From Saprolegnia diclina VS20 (lineage: Eukaryota), in the NCBI RefSeq assembly GCF_000281045.1, contig NW_008246077.1, positions 781,264-832,135 of the forward strand: DNA of 50,872 nt. The letters are read 5' to 3'. The notes beneath the pieces were generated by a model. That model saw nothing but the letters and a program-made list of their open reading frames with translations. It was not told the DNA's origin and ran no database searches. This document shows, piece by piece, positions 21,242 to 34,159 of the stretch (the stretch's first letter is position 1; each line of letters begins with the position of its first letter). The translations under genes were made by a program, and so were the position numbers.

Positions 21242-21691
21242 TTACATCATGTTGTTGCTCTCGTCCGGGATCTTGACGACCATCTTGTCCATGTCCTTTG
21301 TGACCTTGACCTGGCAGCCAAGGCGCGACGTGTCGGTCAAGCCCCATGCCAAGTCGAGCATGTCTTCTTCTTCTTCGCAGATCGCGGGCAACGTCGCAAA
21401 GATCGTCGGATCAAAGACGCAATGGCACGTCGAGCACGCGAGTTCGCCGCCGCAAGCGCCCTCGAGCTCAATGTCGTTGGCGTGGGCAATGTCCAAGATG
21501 GTCTCGCCGACTGCGGTTGTCACATCCTTCTTGGTGCCATCGGCTTCGATAAAGGTAAAGCTGATCTTGTCCGTGGACATGCTACGGGCGCTCCACGGAG
21601 CGGCCATCATGGCGCGGGCCGACGGAGCCATGCTCATCTTGCAGGCGCGGGCCATCGGAGCCAAGGCGCGGAGGTGAAGGCGGCCGATCAT
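21242..21691 (-). CDS. Mitochondrial [2Fe-2S] ferredoxin (adrenodoxin/Yah1-like)
   Basis: Arg/Ala/Met-rich presequence, GACGGELACSTCH, EEEDMLDLA, SRLGCQ. INR+FPR-like TCACTGCAATTTCC on the minus strand at 21701-21714. Confidence 0.93.
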   Translation of the reverse strand: MIGRLHLRALAPMARACKMSMAPSARAMMAAPWSARSMSTDKISFTFIEADGTKKDVTTAVGETILDIAHANDIELEGACGGELACSTCHCVFDPTIFATLPAICEEEEDMLDLAWGLTDTSRLGCQVKVTKDMDKMVVKIPDESNNMM

Positions 21692-21961
21692 CGTGGACGT
21701 GGAAATTGCAGTGACCTTCCTACCATTGGACGACGTCCTTAATCGAGCACGTCGTCGTTCCGTTTAAAGTCCGGTTCAAGTGCTACATTTCATATGGCGC
21801 TTTCTATAATTCCTTAGGTACGACTTGAAGTACGAGCCAATACAAAAGGTAAGACGATCGGAGCGTCTGTACTAAAGCGTACTTGTGCGGGTCGCTGTTC
21901 GCGCCCAAATCTCAAGCGATCTTTCATTCCCGAATCCAACTTAGCCAAGAAGACAAGGACG

Positions 21962-23678
21962 ATGAGCGCTGCTATGAAGAAGTACCGCGACGGACCAAGG
22001 AGCGATGCTTCATGGATGCTTCGTAGGGAGAAGATCAGCAAGAAGGCTCTGAAGGAGCAGCAGGCCAAGGAAGCCGAGCCGGCCCCCGTCGTCATTGAGC
22101 CAGCGATCGTGAGCGACAACGAGGAAGACCATGAGGAAGAAGCGCTCTCCTACGATCGCATCGAGGTCCTCCAAGATGCAGGGATCAACGCCACGGACAT
22201 TGCCAAGCTCAAGGAAGATGGCTTCGCGACCGTTGGCCAACTCTTCCAAGTCTCCATGAAGCGATTGCTCCAAGTCAAGGGCGTGAGTGAAGCCAAGGCA
22301 GAGAAACTCATCCAGGCAGGGCGCAAGGTAACTGGCGCTCTCTCGATGCTCACGCACTCATCTGCGTCTAGATCATTGGCGAACGAAGCGGGTTCATTTC
22401 GGCCAGTGCACTCCTCATCAACAACAAGCAGAAATACTTTATCACGACGGGATCCAAGCGTACGACGATTGTTGCCACAAGTGAGAGTATGACCGTGTGA
22501 TGTAGAGTTCGACATGCTTCTTGGCGGCGGGATCGAGACCATGTCCGTGACCGAGGTATCGTCGTTCCCCATTGACCATACATGCCCAAAGTTCCTGCAG
22601 GTCCACGGCGAATTCCGAACGGGAAAGACCCAGTTGTGCCACACGGTATCCAAGCCCGGCAAGGATGAGTGTCTTCTTAGGTTTTGCATTGCAATAGCTC
22701 TGTGTGACAGCCCAGCTTCCGCGCTCCCAAGGGGGCGGCGCTGGGAAAGTGGCTATCGTGGACACGGAAGGATCCTTCCGTCCGGTGCGTGAAGACGCGA
22801 CTTTCGGCTGTGGTCGTTCACACCTCCATTGACAGCAACGAGTGGCCGAGATTGCCAAGACGCGATACGATCTCGATCCGAAGGACGTTTTGGACAATAT
22901 CATAGTCGCCAGGTAAAAGTCTGGATGAGTTTTGTCAAGTGAACTCATACTGCAATCAACAGAGCGCACAGCCACGACGCGCAGATGGACATGGTCACCA
23001 AGCTTGGCGTTCTTTTCGCGGTGCAGTTTGTAAAGTCTATGAAGTCGCCATCTCATAGAGTGGGATGTCAACCAGGATCCTGATCGCGGTCCGTTCCGGC
23101 TTCTCATCGTGGACTCGATCACAGCCCTCTTCCGCACGGACTTCTCGGGGCGGTACAACTTTATACCTCAATCGATCGGATCCCGGATTTATGTGCTCAC
23201 TTCCTTCAGGGGTGAATTAAGCGAGCGCCAACAGCGCTTGAACGTGCACCTGCAGCGACTTGTCAAGCACGCAGAGGTACTCTAGACACATGATGCCAAT
23301 GTGCTGATTGATGCACAGGAGTTCAACGTCGCCGTGCTCGTCGTGAACCAAGTCATGGCAGATCCGGGTGCTAATGCTATGTTTGGCCCTGTGATCAAGC
23401 CCGTCGGTGGACACGTGATTTCCCACGCTTGCCACACCCGTGTCTTGGTAAGCGCCGCACCGCGAACCTCAAGGACGTCATTTTGATGCACTGCATTCCC
23501 CATTTTAGATGAAGAAGGGCCGCGGTGACAATCGCATCTGGTACTGTGGTGGCTTTCTCGCGTGTTGTCAACTGAGTGCCATCGATTGCGTAGCAAAGTC
23601 ATCGACAGTCCGTGCATGCCCGAAGCCGAGTGCACGATTCAACTGACCTCTGGAGGCGTTAGCGACGCGGATGACTAG
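21962..23678 (+). CDS. DMC1: Meiotic recombinase DMC1, many introns
   Basis: Spliced translation gives [72 protein letters not shown]. ERQQxL, DPGA and GGHV favour DMC1 over RAD51 (ARQMHL, QVDG, GGNI). Confidence 0.88.
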
Positions 23679-24077
23679 CCAATCGCTCCATGCACTTTGA
23701 CATTAGAGTGTCGGCTTGGATAATGCATATCGATTGCATACGCCGTCTTGCGCTCATGCACCTCCGTGCTGCTTGGTCACCGTCATCATGTTGAAGACGC
23801 GCAGCAAAAAAGCACCGCGCCCGAATTCCAACACTCGGAAGGGCGTCCTTGTCGTTCTCGAAAAATCGGATACGGTATGCATTAAATATCGCCTCTCCTT
23901 CACGATCCAAATTTACTATTTCAGAGCATAGGGAATAAATCAATACAAATGGCAAGGTACGACATATCGGCACAAAATATTTGGCTTTTCCTCACGAAAA
24001 AATACGAAGGAAATGCAATGGCTCATTTTTTTGGAAGACGGTCAATTTCTGAAAGCCACAGGCCGTCGACGTTCAAG

Positions 24078-26368
24078 ATGGCCGCGAGATCGTTGCTCCG
24101 CATGAGCCTCTGGCAACAGTCGCTCAACCGGCTGCCGCATGCGTCACAGAACACGCTCATGACATCCGAGCACCACCTCGGCGCAAGCCTCCGCAGCGGC
24201 GGCCTCCTCGGCCCGCGCCGCAACTTTTTCAGCTTCTCGCGCTCGGGCAACAACAAGAAGCTCCTGAAGCGCATGGAGCAGGATGCCAACGCGTACCCAG
24301 AGGACGCACAGCGCCAGCTCAAGTTTCTGCAAGCGCTCAACAAAGACTACCCGTCGCTCGTGATTCGCCGCGTTGAGGAAGGCCGCTTTGTGCTCTCGCA
24401 GGAAGCGTACCGAGAGTACATCAAGGCGCTCGTGGCGACCAACCGCATCGACTCGATGGACACCAACATGCTCTTCTCGCGCATGCAAGCTGCTGCGCCG
24501 CTGAACCCGCTTGCAGCTCCTTCAAGCTTTGCCAGCCTCGGTGCTGTCTCGATGGCCTCGGACATGGCGGCGTCGTCGGCTGTCGGCTCGACGGGCCTCT
24601 CCCCGATCAAGCCCATGTATGTCTCAATGGTCGATGGTGGCTTCAAGAAGAACATGTGGCGTACGGCCCGCGTTATCGCGCTTGGCTTCATGGCCATCTC
24701 GGCGATGACAGCGCTGATTGAAGAGAAGGGCCTTGGCGGCGTCGGTGTCAAGTCCAAGGTCACGGCCGCTATTGGTAGCGACAAGAAGTTTTCCGACGTC
24801 AAGGGCGTCGACGAAGCCAAGGAAGAGCTGGAGGAAATCGTGCAGTACCTCAAGGTACAAGCCTCCCATTCGATGGTGCAGTCTCTCATGGCCGTTGTAG
24901 GACCCAGACAAATTCACGCGCTTGGGCGGCAACTTGCCAAAGGGCGTCCTCCTCATGGGCCCACCCGGTACTGGTAAGACGCTCTTGGCCCGTGCGATTG
25001 CTGGCGAGGTACACGCTTTTGATTGAACCAAGTCACGCTGAGCTCTCCTTTTTAGGCGGGCGTCCCGTTCTTCTACTCGTCGGGTGCTGAATTTGAGGAG
25101 ATGTACGTCGGTGTTGGCGCTCGCCGCGTCCGCGACCTCTTTGACGCGGCCAAGAAGAAGGTAGTTTCGCGCCTGTTGCATCAATATGCAATTATAACAC
25201 CCGGGTTAGGGCCCGTGCATTGTCTTTATCGACGAAATCGATGCGATCGGTGGCACGCGCCATCTCAAGGAGCAGTCGGCGCTCAAGATGACGTTGAATC
25301 AGCTTCTCGTTGAGATGGACGGCTTTGACCAGAACAAGGGTATCATCGTCATTGGCGCGACCAACTTTCCCGAGTCGCTCGACAGCGCCTTGACACGTCC
25401 CGGTCGCTTTGACCGGTAGGGCCTTCCATCCATCATAGTAGATACGTATGCATCATGTAGACATGTGACGGTGCCGTTGCCCGACATTGCTGGCCGCCGC
25501 GACATTCTGGAGCTCTACACCAAGAAGATTCCGCTTGGGAACGACGTGGATCTCAACATCCTCGCGCGCGCGACGCCAGGTATGTCGGGCGCCGAGCTCT
25601 CCAACCTCGTGAACGAAGCGACGCTCCGATCGTCGTTCCTCAACAAGACGGTCGTCGACATGGCGGCCTTTGAGTTTGCCAAGGACAAGATCCTCATGGG
25701 CGCCGAGCGCAAGTCGGCGCTCATCTCACCCGAGTCGGCGCGTCTCACCGCGTACCACGAAGGCGGCCACGCGCTCGTCGCGATAAAGACGCCCGGTGCG
25801 CACCCCGTGTACAAGGCGACGATCATGCCACGCGGGAATGCGCTCGGCATGGTCTCGCAGCTGCCCGAAGACGACCAGACGAGCATCACGCGCAAGCAGC
25901 TCCTCGCGCGCCTCGACGTGTGCATGGGCGGCCGCGTCGCCGAGGAAATGGTCTTCGGAAAGGACGAAATCACCGGCGGCGCGTCTTCGGACATTCAGCA
26001 AGCGACGCGGTTGGCCCATCTCATGGTACATTTTTGATATGATGTATGCTGGTGCGTGACGCTTGGCGCTCTAGGTGACCAAATATGGCATGAGCGACGA
26101 AGTTGGCGTTGTCTTCCACGACCTCAAGGACAGCGACACGTCACCGGCGACCCGCACGCTCATTGACCAAGAGGTCCGGAAGCTCTGCGATGCGTCGTAC
26201 AAGCGTGCGACGACGATCCTCCAGCGCCACCGCACCGACTTGGAGACGATCGCCAAGGCGCTCCTCGAGTACGAGACGCTGTCAGGACCCGAGATCAAGC
26301 AGCTTTTGCAGGGCGAGAAGCTCGCCCGCGCGACGCCGCCGACATCGCGTGTCCAGAAAGCTCCGTAG
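24078..26368 (+). CDS. YME1: Mitochondrial i-AAA metalloprotease YME1/FtsH
   Basis: Presequence-like N-terminus, one [16 protein letters not shown], Walker A GPPGTGKT, Walker B FIDEID, RPGRFDR, HEGGH zinc motif, MGGRVAEE. Confidence 0.92.
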
Positions 26369-26588
26369 CCCGTTATGTTTTTGAACTACCTAAACTACCC
26401 TTGCCTCGCACACCACCTTTGTTGTACACTAGGGAATATTGTAGTAGCTCCTTTAGACCAACCAGAGACACAATCGATACGCCCCCGCTTGGATTGGTCC
26501 AAAAGCAAATCATTTCAGCCAATGGGAGCGCGCTGGGCGTTGCCAGCGGTTTCGTCGCCAGAGCATCAACATCTCCTCTCAGCGGCCG

Positions 26589-27972
26589 ATGGAAGGGTAC
26601 GTCGGTGCGAGAAGGGTTCTTGGCGCCTCATGGCGCTGTGAAGGCAGTCGACGCCGATGATCGAGGCCAAGGCCGCGGGGCCGATCTCGACGACCGTGGA
26701 CACGAGCAGCGGCCATCTCAAGGTCCCCGGCGTCGTCGCGTACCCTGTCGCGGCCGTCGACCGCTACGGCTTCCTCGTCTCGGACAAGCATGTTGCCTGT
26801 CACCCCTGCATCTGCTTACATGCGATACAGGCGGTTTGCACCGAGCCCGACGGCCGCCAAGCGCAAGGACCATGAAGCTTCGTGGCTCGAGAACCACCGG
26901 ACGCAAAAGTGGATCGCCATGACGGGCAAGTGCACGTACGACGAGTGGCAGTCGGTCAAGCTCCGTCACGGTGCCAAGCTCAAGTCGCGCGTATGTACAC
27001 TTGCTGCACGCTGAATATCGAGTCGACTCGAATCTAGATTCGTAAGGGAATTCCCGAGGCGCTGCGCGGCCTCGCGTGGCCCCATCTCTCGGGCGCCAGC
27101 ATGATGATGCAGAACCACCCGGGCATGTACCGCGACTTGCTAGCGACCGCGCATATTCCGTGCGAAGAGACCATTTCGCGCGACATTGGGCGCACGTTTC
27201 CCAAGCACCACCTCTTCAAGGACGCGCAGTCGATCGGCCAAGGCGCGCTCATGAACATTCTCAAAGCCTACTCCGTGTACGACCCCGACGTTGGCTACTG
27301 CCAGGTAGATGCATTACTGCGCTTTTTGGGTGTACACGCTAGCCTAGGGCATGGGCTTCATCTCGGCGCTCTTTCTGAGCTACATGCCGGAAGAGCACAC
27401 GTTTTGGCAGCTCGTCGCGGTGCTCAACCAGAAAAAGTACGGCCTCGCCGATATGTACCGGCCAGGAATGCCCCGCGTCGTCGAGATCATTGCGATCTTT
27501 GACGCGTGCATTCGGCTCTACCTGCCCAAACTGGGCGTGCACATGGACAACGAGGGGTTGCATCCGACCATGTACGCGACGCAGTGGTTCGTCACGATCT
27601 TTGCCTACTCGTTTCCGTTTGAGTTTGTCACGCGCGTTTGGGACATCTTTCTCCACGAGGGCTGGAAAATTGTGTACCGCGTCGCGATCGCCCTCCTCAA
27701 AATCTCGGAAAGTACGTTGCTGACAGAACCGATTGGTTGGCAGTTGATTTTCGTGGTCTAGAGGCGCTTCTCGGCAAGAAATTTGAGAAAATCATGGAGT
27801 TTTTCAAAGACCTCCCGACCTCGGTGAGAACGACGCAGTGGTCGTGGGCTTCAACGGCGTCGTGTAGGTCGACGTCAAGCAATTGCTCGACACGGCGTGG
27901 GACATCCCAATGACAACGGCGCAGCTCCAGCAACTCCACGAAAAGTACCAAGCGTCTCTCACGCAAAGCTAA
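26589..27972 (+). CDS. TBC-domain Rab GTPase-activating protein
   Basis: VDRYGF, IRKGIPEALRGLAW, ISRDIGRTFP (Arg finger), VGYCQ|GMGF (Gln finger), YATQWF, RVWDIFLHEG. Start is either the 26589 micro-exon (MEG|) or ATG 26657. Confidence 0.9.
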
Positions 27973-28561
27973 ATGCGCACGGCTTGTATACAAACGGCTT
28001 GAATCTTGAGTCCTGTCGTGTCCTACTTGCACTGACCAGCTCGTTCTTGGAGACAAGCGACCCGAGTGCCCTATCAAGTGTCTCGCTCGATCCCTGCGTA
28101 CGTCGATTGGAGTCGCCACGCGTCTCGATGCTTGGGTATTTGGCGACGGACACGCGTGTGATACAGAAATATTACTGGTGGGCTGCTACGGGCCGAGCTT
28201 TGGACCTCCTTGAACAGTAAACGTAGTACTTGTCGAATGGAGACAAACCACCGTGCCGATTTGTGCTGCTGGTATCTTTGTGAAGGAATCTAGTACGTCG
28301 CTGCAAAATGTACAAAGCCCTAGACATCTCGAGCGCACAAGGTAGACATGTCAACGCTCGTTGGTGTTGTGAGTCGATTTGGTATTCCCCTTATATTGGC
28401 GCTTTGTGGCATAAACCACATGACGACTCGGGACTGGCTCACAGACGCCTTTTCAAAGGACGACAAAATGCCCAGGGAAGGGTTAGGGTCTAGCTTTTAC
28501 CGGTACAAAAGCGAGCACATGGAGAGCTAACAAAGGAGCTCATATTTTGATTCCAATTGAA

Positions 28562-29900
28562 ATGCAAGCACCACGCTGGAACCCTTCGACTGACGCTACT
28601 GGTAATACGTCTGAGGTCAAGTCACGTCAGGCGGCGTCAAACCGAGCGGCGCCCGCCGTGTTGACTATCTGGCGTGCTGAGCAACAAGCTCATATTGCCG
28701 CTGAGACCGCCTCGAGAGTCTCTGCACCGGCTGCCAGATGCAGTTGGCGGCGTTGGCCACGACCTTGCGTGCCGAGTACCAAATTCACATCGCCGCTGTG
28801 ACGACGACGCTGCAGCAAGAACACCAGAAAGCCTTGGCTGCCTCGACGGCCAAGCTGTCCCAAGATCACTCGATTAAAGAGACGGTTCTCATCTCCGAGA
28901 TCACGAAGCTGGCCGCCCAGCGGGACGGCATCCTCGAGCGTGCTCAGGTTCTGTTCACTCAATCACAGGGCCTGCGCCACGATCTTCACATGCTCGCCAA
29001 GCTCAACCACCGTCTCCAAGCCACGATCGCCACGATAACCGCGAGGCCGCCACCGACTTTGCAGCGGCGACAGATGCCATCGCTGCGTCGACACGGGCGG
29101 CAACCACCGAGGTCAACTTCGTCGCCTTGCTTCAAGCGAAGCTCGAGCTCACGACCAGCAACATGGCACTCACCGAGAACAGACCAAGTGCGACCTTGCA
29201 AAGTCCAAGACGGCCGAACACGACAACGCGGTCCGCCTCCGCGATGCTACACGCACCATCCAGAGCATGGGCGAGCGCACCCAGATGCTCCAAGCGGACC
29301 CGGACGGGCATGCGCTACGGTCGCTTGGCGAAGCGTCGGCGAAGGATGACGCCTCCTTGGTCTTGCATCATGAACGCATCAATGAACTACTGGGTCCGCT
29401 TGCCATGGCTGAGTCGGCGGCTTGCAGCGCCCAGCTCCTTTACAAAGTTGCGATCGAGACCAAGGAAGCGGCCCTCCGCCAGCTTCAAGCGCATCTTGAC
29501 AAACACGTCCAACGAGCGCAGCTGCGCGGTGGTGCAGTTCACCCGCTCCAGCGTGCTGTGATCACCAAGGACGAGCTTCTGGCTGCACTCAAAAGTCAAA
29601 GTCCGTGACCTCCACGGTCAGCTCCAAGTCGCCCAAGGCAAGCTTTAAGCTACCGAGGCAGCTCAAGTCTGCGCCGCTGAGCGTAATGCGAAAGCCCTTC
29701 AGAAGCAAGCTTCGAGCGACGCAGATTCCAAGGAACGAGATGAACCTGCCAGTAGTAACGCCTACGACTCTCGACCCTGTGCCCTCCATGTAGCGCCCAT
29801 TAAGGCCGACGATGTTAAAGCACCTTAACACATTTGGCTCCGCTTCGACGACGATCTCCAAGCTGCATTGCTCCAGTGGCGACGACAACTGGAGATGCGT
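28562..29900 (+). pseudogene. Decayed coiled-coil protein gene
   Basis: Coiled-coil-like protein sequence continues across frame switches at ~28705, ~29040, ~29178 and ~29598 with no suitable introns, plus an in-frame TAA at ~29646 (QVAQGKL*ATEAAQ). Confidence 0.6.
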
Positions 29901-30116
29901 GGAACCTGTGATTCCAAATCAGCAGCAAACATCCTGGCCGTTAGCCCTTTCGATTCGCGCCAGTTGTCCGACGATGAGCAAGATGGCGGTCCCACCCGCC
30001 GTCGCCATGAAGCGAAGCAATGACGCCGCAGCGGTTGCTCTCGTGATTGGATCGAGAACCGACTGTTGAAACGCCCGCCGCCCGTCGTGCCACGTTTGAC
30101 GCACTCTGGCATTCGT

Positions 30117-30635
30117 ATGGCGACCATTAGCGGCAGCATCGAGGGCTACCTCATCAAGCTCGACGACGAGTATGGCGCGATCGTCTACTGCCTCCTCGAA
30201 GAAGGCAGTCTAATTTACTACAGCGGAAAAGGCGGCGCGCTCCTCGGCGAGCTCACGCTCACGGGCAATAAGGTCAGCGTCAACCTCATCCGTGACGCAT
30301 CCGACGCGGTGCCCAACCGGTTCATTGTCTCGAGTCGAAAGCGGCCGGAGCCGCGAAAGGAGCTCCAAGGTGACGAGGCGCCGTTCCCACCCGAGCGCGA
30401 TGCCGACACGCGACTTCTCTTTGCCGCGTCGACGCCCGAGTGCCAAGAGAACTGGGCGACTGCGATTCTCAACTGGAACAAGCATTGCTGGGACGACGCA
30501 GAGACGGTGTTTAGCTACAAGGACGAGCTCGACGCGCTCCGACGGCTCGTGCAGCACTACCGCCTCAAGGAAAAGCCGCGAAAGCAGTCCGAGCCCGGCA
30601 GCGGCCACGCCGTTCCAGTCTTTCCCATTGGATAG
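30117..30635 (+). CDS. Small PH-domain protein
   Basis: IEGYLIK...YCLLEEGSLIYYS...GELTL...LLFAASTPECQENWATAI matches the PH fold pattern. Confidence 0.8.
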   Translation: MATISGSIEGYLIKLDDEYGAIVYCLLEEGSLIYYSGKGGALLGELTLTGNKVSVNLIRDASDAVPNRFIVSSRKRPEPRKELQGDEAPFPPERDADTRLLFAASTPECQENWATAILNWNKHCWDDAETVFSYKDELDALRRLVQHYRLKEKPRKQSEPGSGHAVPVFPIG

Positions 30636-30725
30636 TTTGCTTGATCTATCCATCACCATCTATCTATCTAACTAACTATTCAAAGTATGCTTTGGCGACG
30701 ATTATTCAAGTTACAAGCCCTTTCG

Positions 30726-32295
30726 CTAGACACGCAAGGTGGTGGTTTTTCGACGGTGTGCTGGAATCGGCGGTGGGTACGTCTGCACGGGACAGATCGG
30801 CGGCGCGTACGACGGCGGCGGTGGCCGCGTCTCGAGCAGCCGGCCCTGCAGCTCCTTCAAGACGTCATCCAGCACGGTCGCATTCGAAGCTTGTCCTTGT
30901 CCGTCCTTGGTCTCAACGGCGTCTTTGGCTTTGGCTGCCTTGGCGGCATACTCGAGTCGCACCTCGTCGACCAGGTGTTGCGCCTGGCCAACGAGCACCC
31001 ACTGCGATTTGTCATCGAGTGTGACGCTAAACGCGTCCGGTGGACCATTGGGAAGCCCCTCAACACGCTGGATGTGACGCGCCGGCGTGTGCGCAATCAA
31101 CTTGTGCCGATCACGTGATAACGTTTGCGTCAGTACGACTGTGTCGGCACAAATCGCGAGGATGCCGAGGCGCCACAGGCGGTCGCGCTGCAGCCACACG
31201 CGGCGAGTGTGCACCGCGGCACTGATGCCGTCCAATACGTCCTTTGGCGCGTCGACCAGACCACGCAACGGGACAGGACCGATGTCGCGCTCCGCCGCAG
31301 CAAAGGAGAGATGCTTCCACCACGCCGCTGTGAGCACGCTCGTGTCGGCGGCCAAGCTCATGCACTTGTGGGGCGTCACGAGCGCAATGGTGCGTTCGTC
31401 CGGCGCCAGCGCGACCTCCATGTCGTCGACGGCGATGACGCGTCGCACGCGCAATGGTCCGTGCGTCGCAATGTCCGAGTAGATGAGCATTTCTGCAAAG
31501 AGGTGGAAGAGGTACTCGCGCGGCCCCGAGCGCGAGTTGATGGTCGTCTTGCTCAGCTTGCCGTCCCGCAGCCACGTTTTCTGCGACAAATCGAGGCTCG
31601 GGAAGAGCGGTTGGAGCTTGGCGATCTTTTGCGCGTTGGCCCGCGCTTGCAGCGAGATGTTGACGGACGACGCCGTCGCCTCCATGGCAACCTTCGCCGA
31701 CTCGATCTCGCGCTGCGGCAGCTGCTTGTCGAGCTCGCGCAGTAAGAGCACGTACCGAGGCAGCCGCTGGATCGGAAGGATGAGCATGTTGGCGATCGGC
31801 TCCTTCTGCGACGCTTCAAACGCAGCAAGCACGGACGCCACAGCGCTGTGCTTGCGCAGACCAGCGAGCGCACACGCCACGTCGTCGTATGTGCCAGCGT
31901 ACGCCGTGTGCACCGGGCGGAGCACCTTGGCGAATAGTGCCACGAGGCGGCCGAGCGCGGCGACATCGACGACCGGCGTCGTCGCCGCACGCAGCTCATC
32001 TATCACAGTGGTTTGCATCTTGCTACTGAGGAATGCTACGTCCGTACCGAGAAAGATGACGTGCAAATCACGTAGCTGGCCGAGGAGACCGTGGGCATTG
32101 AGGCACAGTAGCACGTCGCTGCCGCGTCGCGCCTCGGGCGGACAGGCGCGCTCCAGCGGCAATGCGAGCGCGTCGATGAGCGGGCTCAAGTGCGCTACAG
32201 CCCCAACTGTCATCCATGTGCTTGGCCGCGGTCGTACCGAGGTAGGAAGCCTCAGACGCAACGAGTTCGTCGACGACCCGTGCCCACGACTGCAT
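30726..32295 (-). CDS. RhoGEF (DH-PH) protein with a probable second PH-like domain and Pro-rich tail
   Basis: Exon 1 MQSWARVVDELVASEASYL (DH CR1) spliced to ILPIQRLPRYVLLLREL (DH CR3), then RDGKLSK...REYLFHLFAEMLIY (PH). Confidence 0.82.
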
Positions 32296-32352
32296 CTTAT
32301 TGCGAATCTTTATATATAGACAGGCGACACGAAACAGTTTCTATTGCAACAA

Positions 32353-33707
32353 TTACGCGAGCTTTTGGTTGTGCGAGACGACAAAGTGTCCGTTCTTGAT
32401 GACGTGCTGGATCGGCGGGTCGGCCATCTCGTAGATGATGTGCTCCCACTGCGGCGCGTCGAGCACGACGAGGTCGCCAAACTTGCCGACTTCGATCGAG
32501 CCGTGCGTCGAGGCGCGGTTGGCCGAGCCCGCGGCGTTGATGGTCGCGCCGACAAGCGCCTCCTTCATCGTCATCTTCATGAGGCAGCACGCCATGTGCA
32601 TCGTGAGCGGCATCGAGAGGCAGTGGGCGTTCGGGTTGTAGTCCGAGCCGAGCGCAACGGGCACGCCGTGCGCAATGAGCTCGCGCGCCGGCGGGCTCTG
32701 GAGCTTGAGAATGTACATGGTCGTGGGAAGGAGCACGGCGTACGTCGACGCTTGCTTCATGGCCGCAATGTTGGCCGTGTCGAGCATCTCGAGGTGCGAC
32801 GCCGCGTGCGCCTGGACGCACATGCAGAGCTTCCCAGAGTCCATCGGGTTGAGCTCATCGCCGTGAAAGTTGATCTTCATGCCGGCGGCCGCGCCTGCTT
32901 CCAAGATCGTCTTGGTGTCGTCGTACTCGAACACACCCTTCTCACAAAACACGTCGCTATACATAAAGCATGAGACAACTGCCAGAAGAAGGAGAAGGAA
33001 GTTGAAGCGTACATGAACTCGGGGTTGACGAGGCCGGCCTTCTTGGCCTCGATGATGGCAGGGATCTGCTTGCGGACAATGTCTTCGGTCGCCTCGGCCG
33101 CCGACATGCCTTCAGGCACCGAGTGGCCACCGAGGTACGTCGCGACAAGGTCGATCGTGTGCGCCTGCGACGCCTTGTGCAGCACCTTGAGCATCTTGAT
33201 CTCGGTCTCGGTCTCGAGACCGTACCCGCTCTTGGCCTCGGCGAGCGTCGTGCCGCACTTGAGCATGCGGTCGAGACGCTTCATCAAGAGCTCGCTGAGC
33301 TCCGTCTCGGACGACGCCTTTGTGCAGCGGACCGTGCGACCAATACCGCCGCCCATCGCGTGGACTTCCATGTACGTGGCGCCCGCAAGCTTCATTGCAA
33401 ACTCGTCGACGCGGCTGCCGCTCCAGACGGGGTGTGTGTGGCCATCAACCAAGCCAGGCAAGACGCAGAGACCGGTCGCATCAAAGTCCTTGGCGAACGT
33501 CACGGGCTGCGACTGCGCCGCGACCCACGCGTCGACCGACGCCGTCGTGCCCACAGCCGCAATGCGCCCTTCGTTGTCGACAATGACGGCGCCGTCTTCA
33601 ATGATGGCGACATCGTCCTGCGCAGGGCCGACCTTGGCCGTCTCGCCATTGGCGCAGACTTGGACGAGCTGACGCGCGTTGCGGATGCGGAGGCGGAACG
33701 AGCTCAT
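32353..33707 (-). CDS. hutI: Imidazolonepropionase (HutI/AMDHD1), one intron at ~32958-33011
   Basis: PGLVDGHTHPVW, GGGIGRTV, GTTLAEAKSGYGL, DVFCEKGVF, FHGDEL, ASHLE, ALGSDYNPN. Confidence 0.93.
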
Positions 33708-34159
33708 GCTGACAAAATCCAAAATGGGATCTCCGTGGTTGGGCCACGTTCTATCCGGACACCGGATACCCGCCAATCGAACGCCATAAAATCTAGTTCA
33801 ACCTCGCTCACATCTGCGACACGCGAACGCCTCACCGCGAGCGCCCGCCGAGCCGCGCCGAGCGAGGCCGCCCGCTGCAGCCTCGCGCCGCAGCCTCCAT
33901 GGAGCGAGATACGAGGCGCCATGCGATGCTGGAGTAGGCTCAACGCGGCGAACATGACCACATCGACGGCTGACAGCGCATCTGTGACCGGTCTCGCGAT
34001 CGGCTGCCGAGGCGAGCGCCTCACCACACCCAGCTGCACCAATCGCCAGCGCACTGAAGGCTGGCGCAGTCGCCATCTCTCTGTAGAGCCTTGGTGAGGC
34101 AGTCGATCCTCGTATACATTCATGGTCGATGCATTGTTTGTTAGCCTAGAGATGTAGCT

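Noticed and set aside
21962..23678. RAD51 call
   Set aside because: Diagnostic residues (ERQQRL, DPGA, GGHV) fit DMC1 better.
28478..28492. GGGTTAGGG telomere-like sequence
   Set aside because: Single copy, expected by chance.
33790..34130. GC-rich stretch with short ORFs, possible gene remnant
   Set aside because: Translations in several frames gave nothing recognisable.
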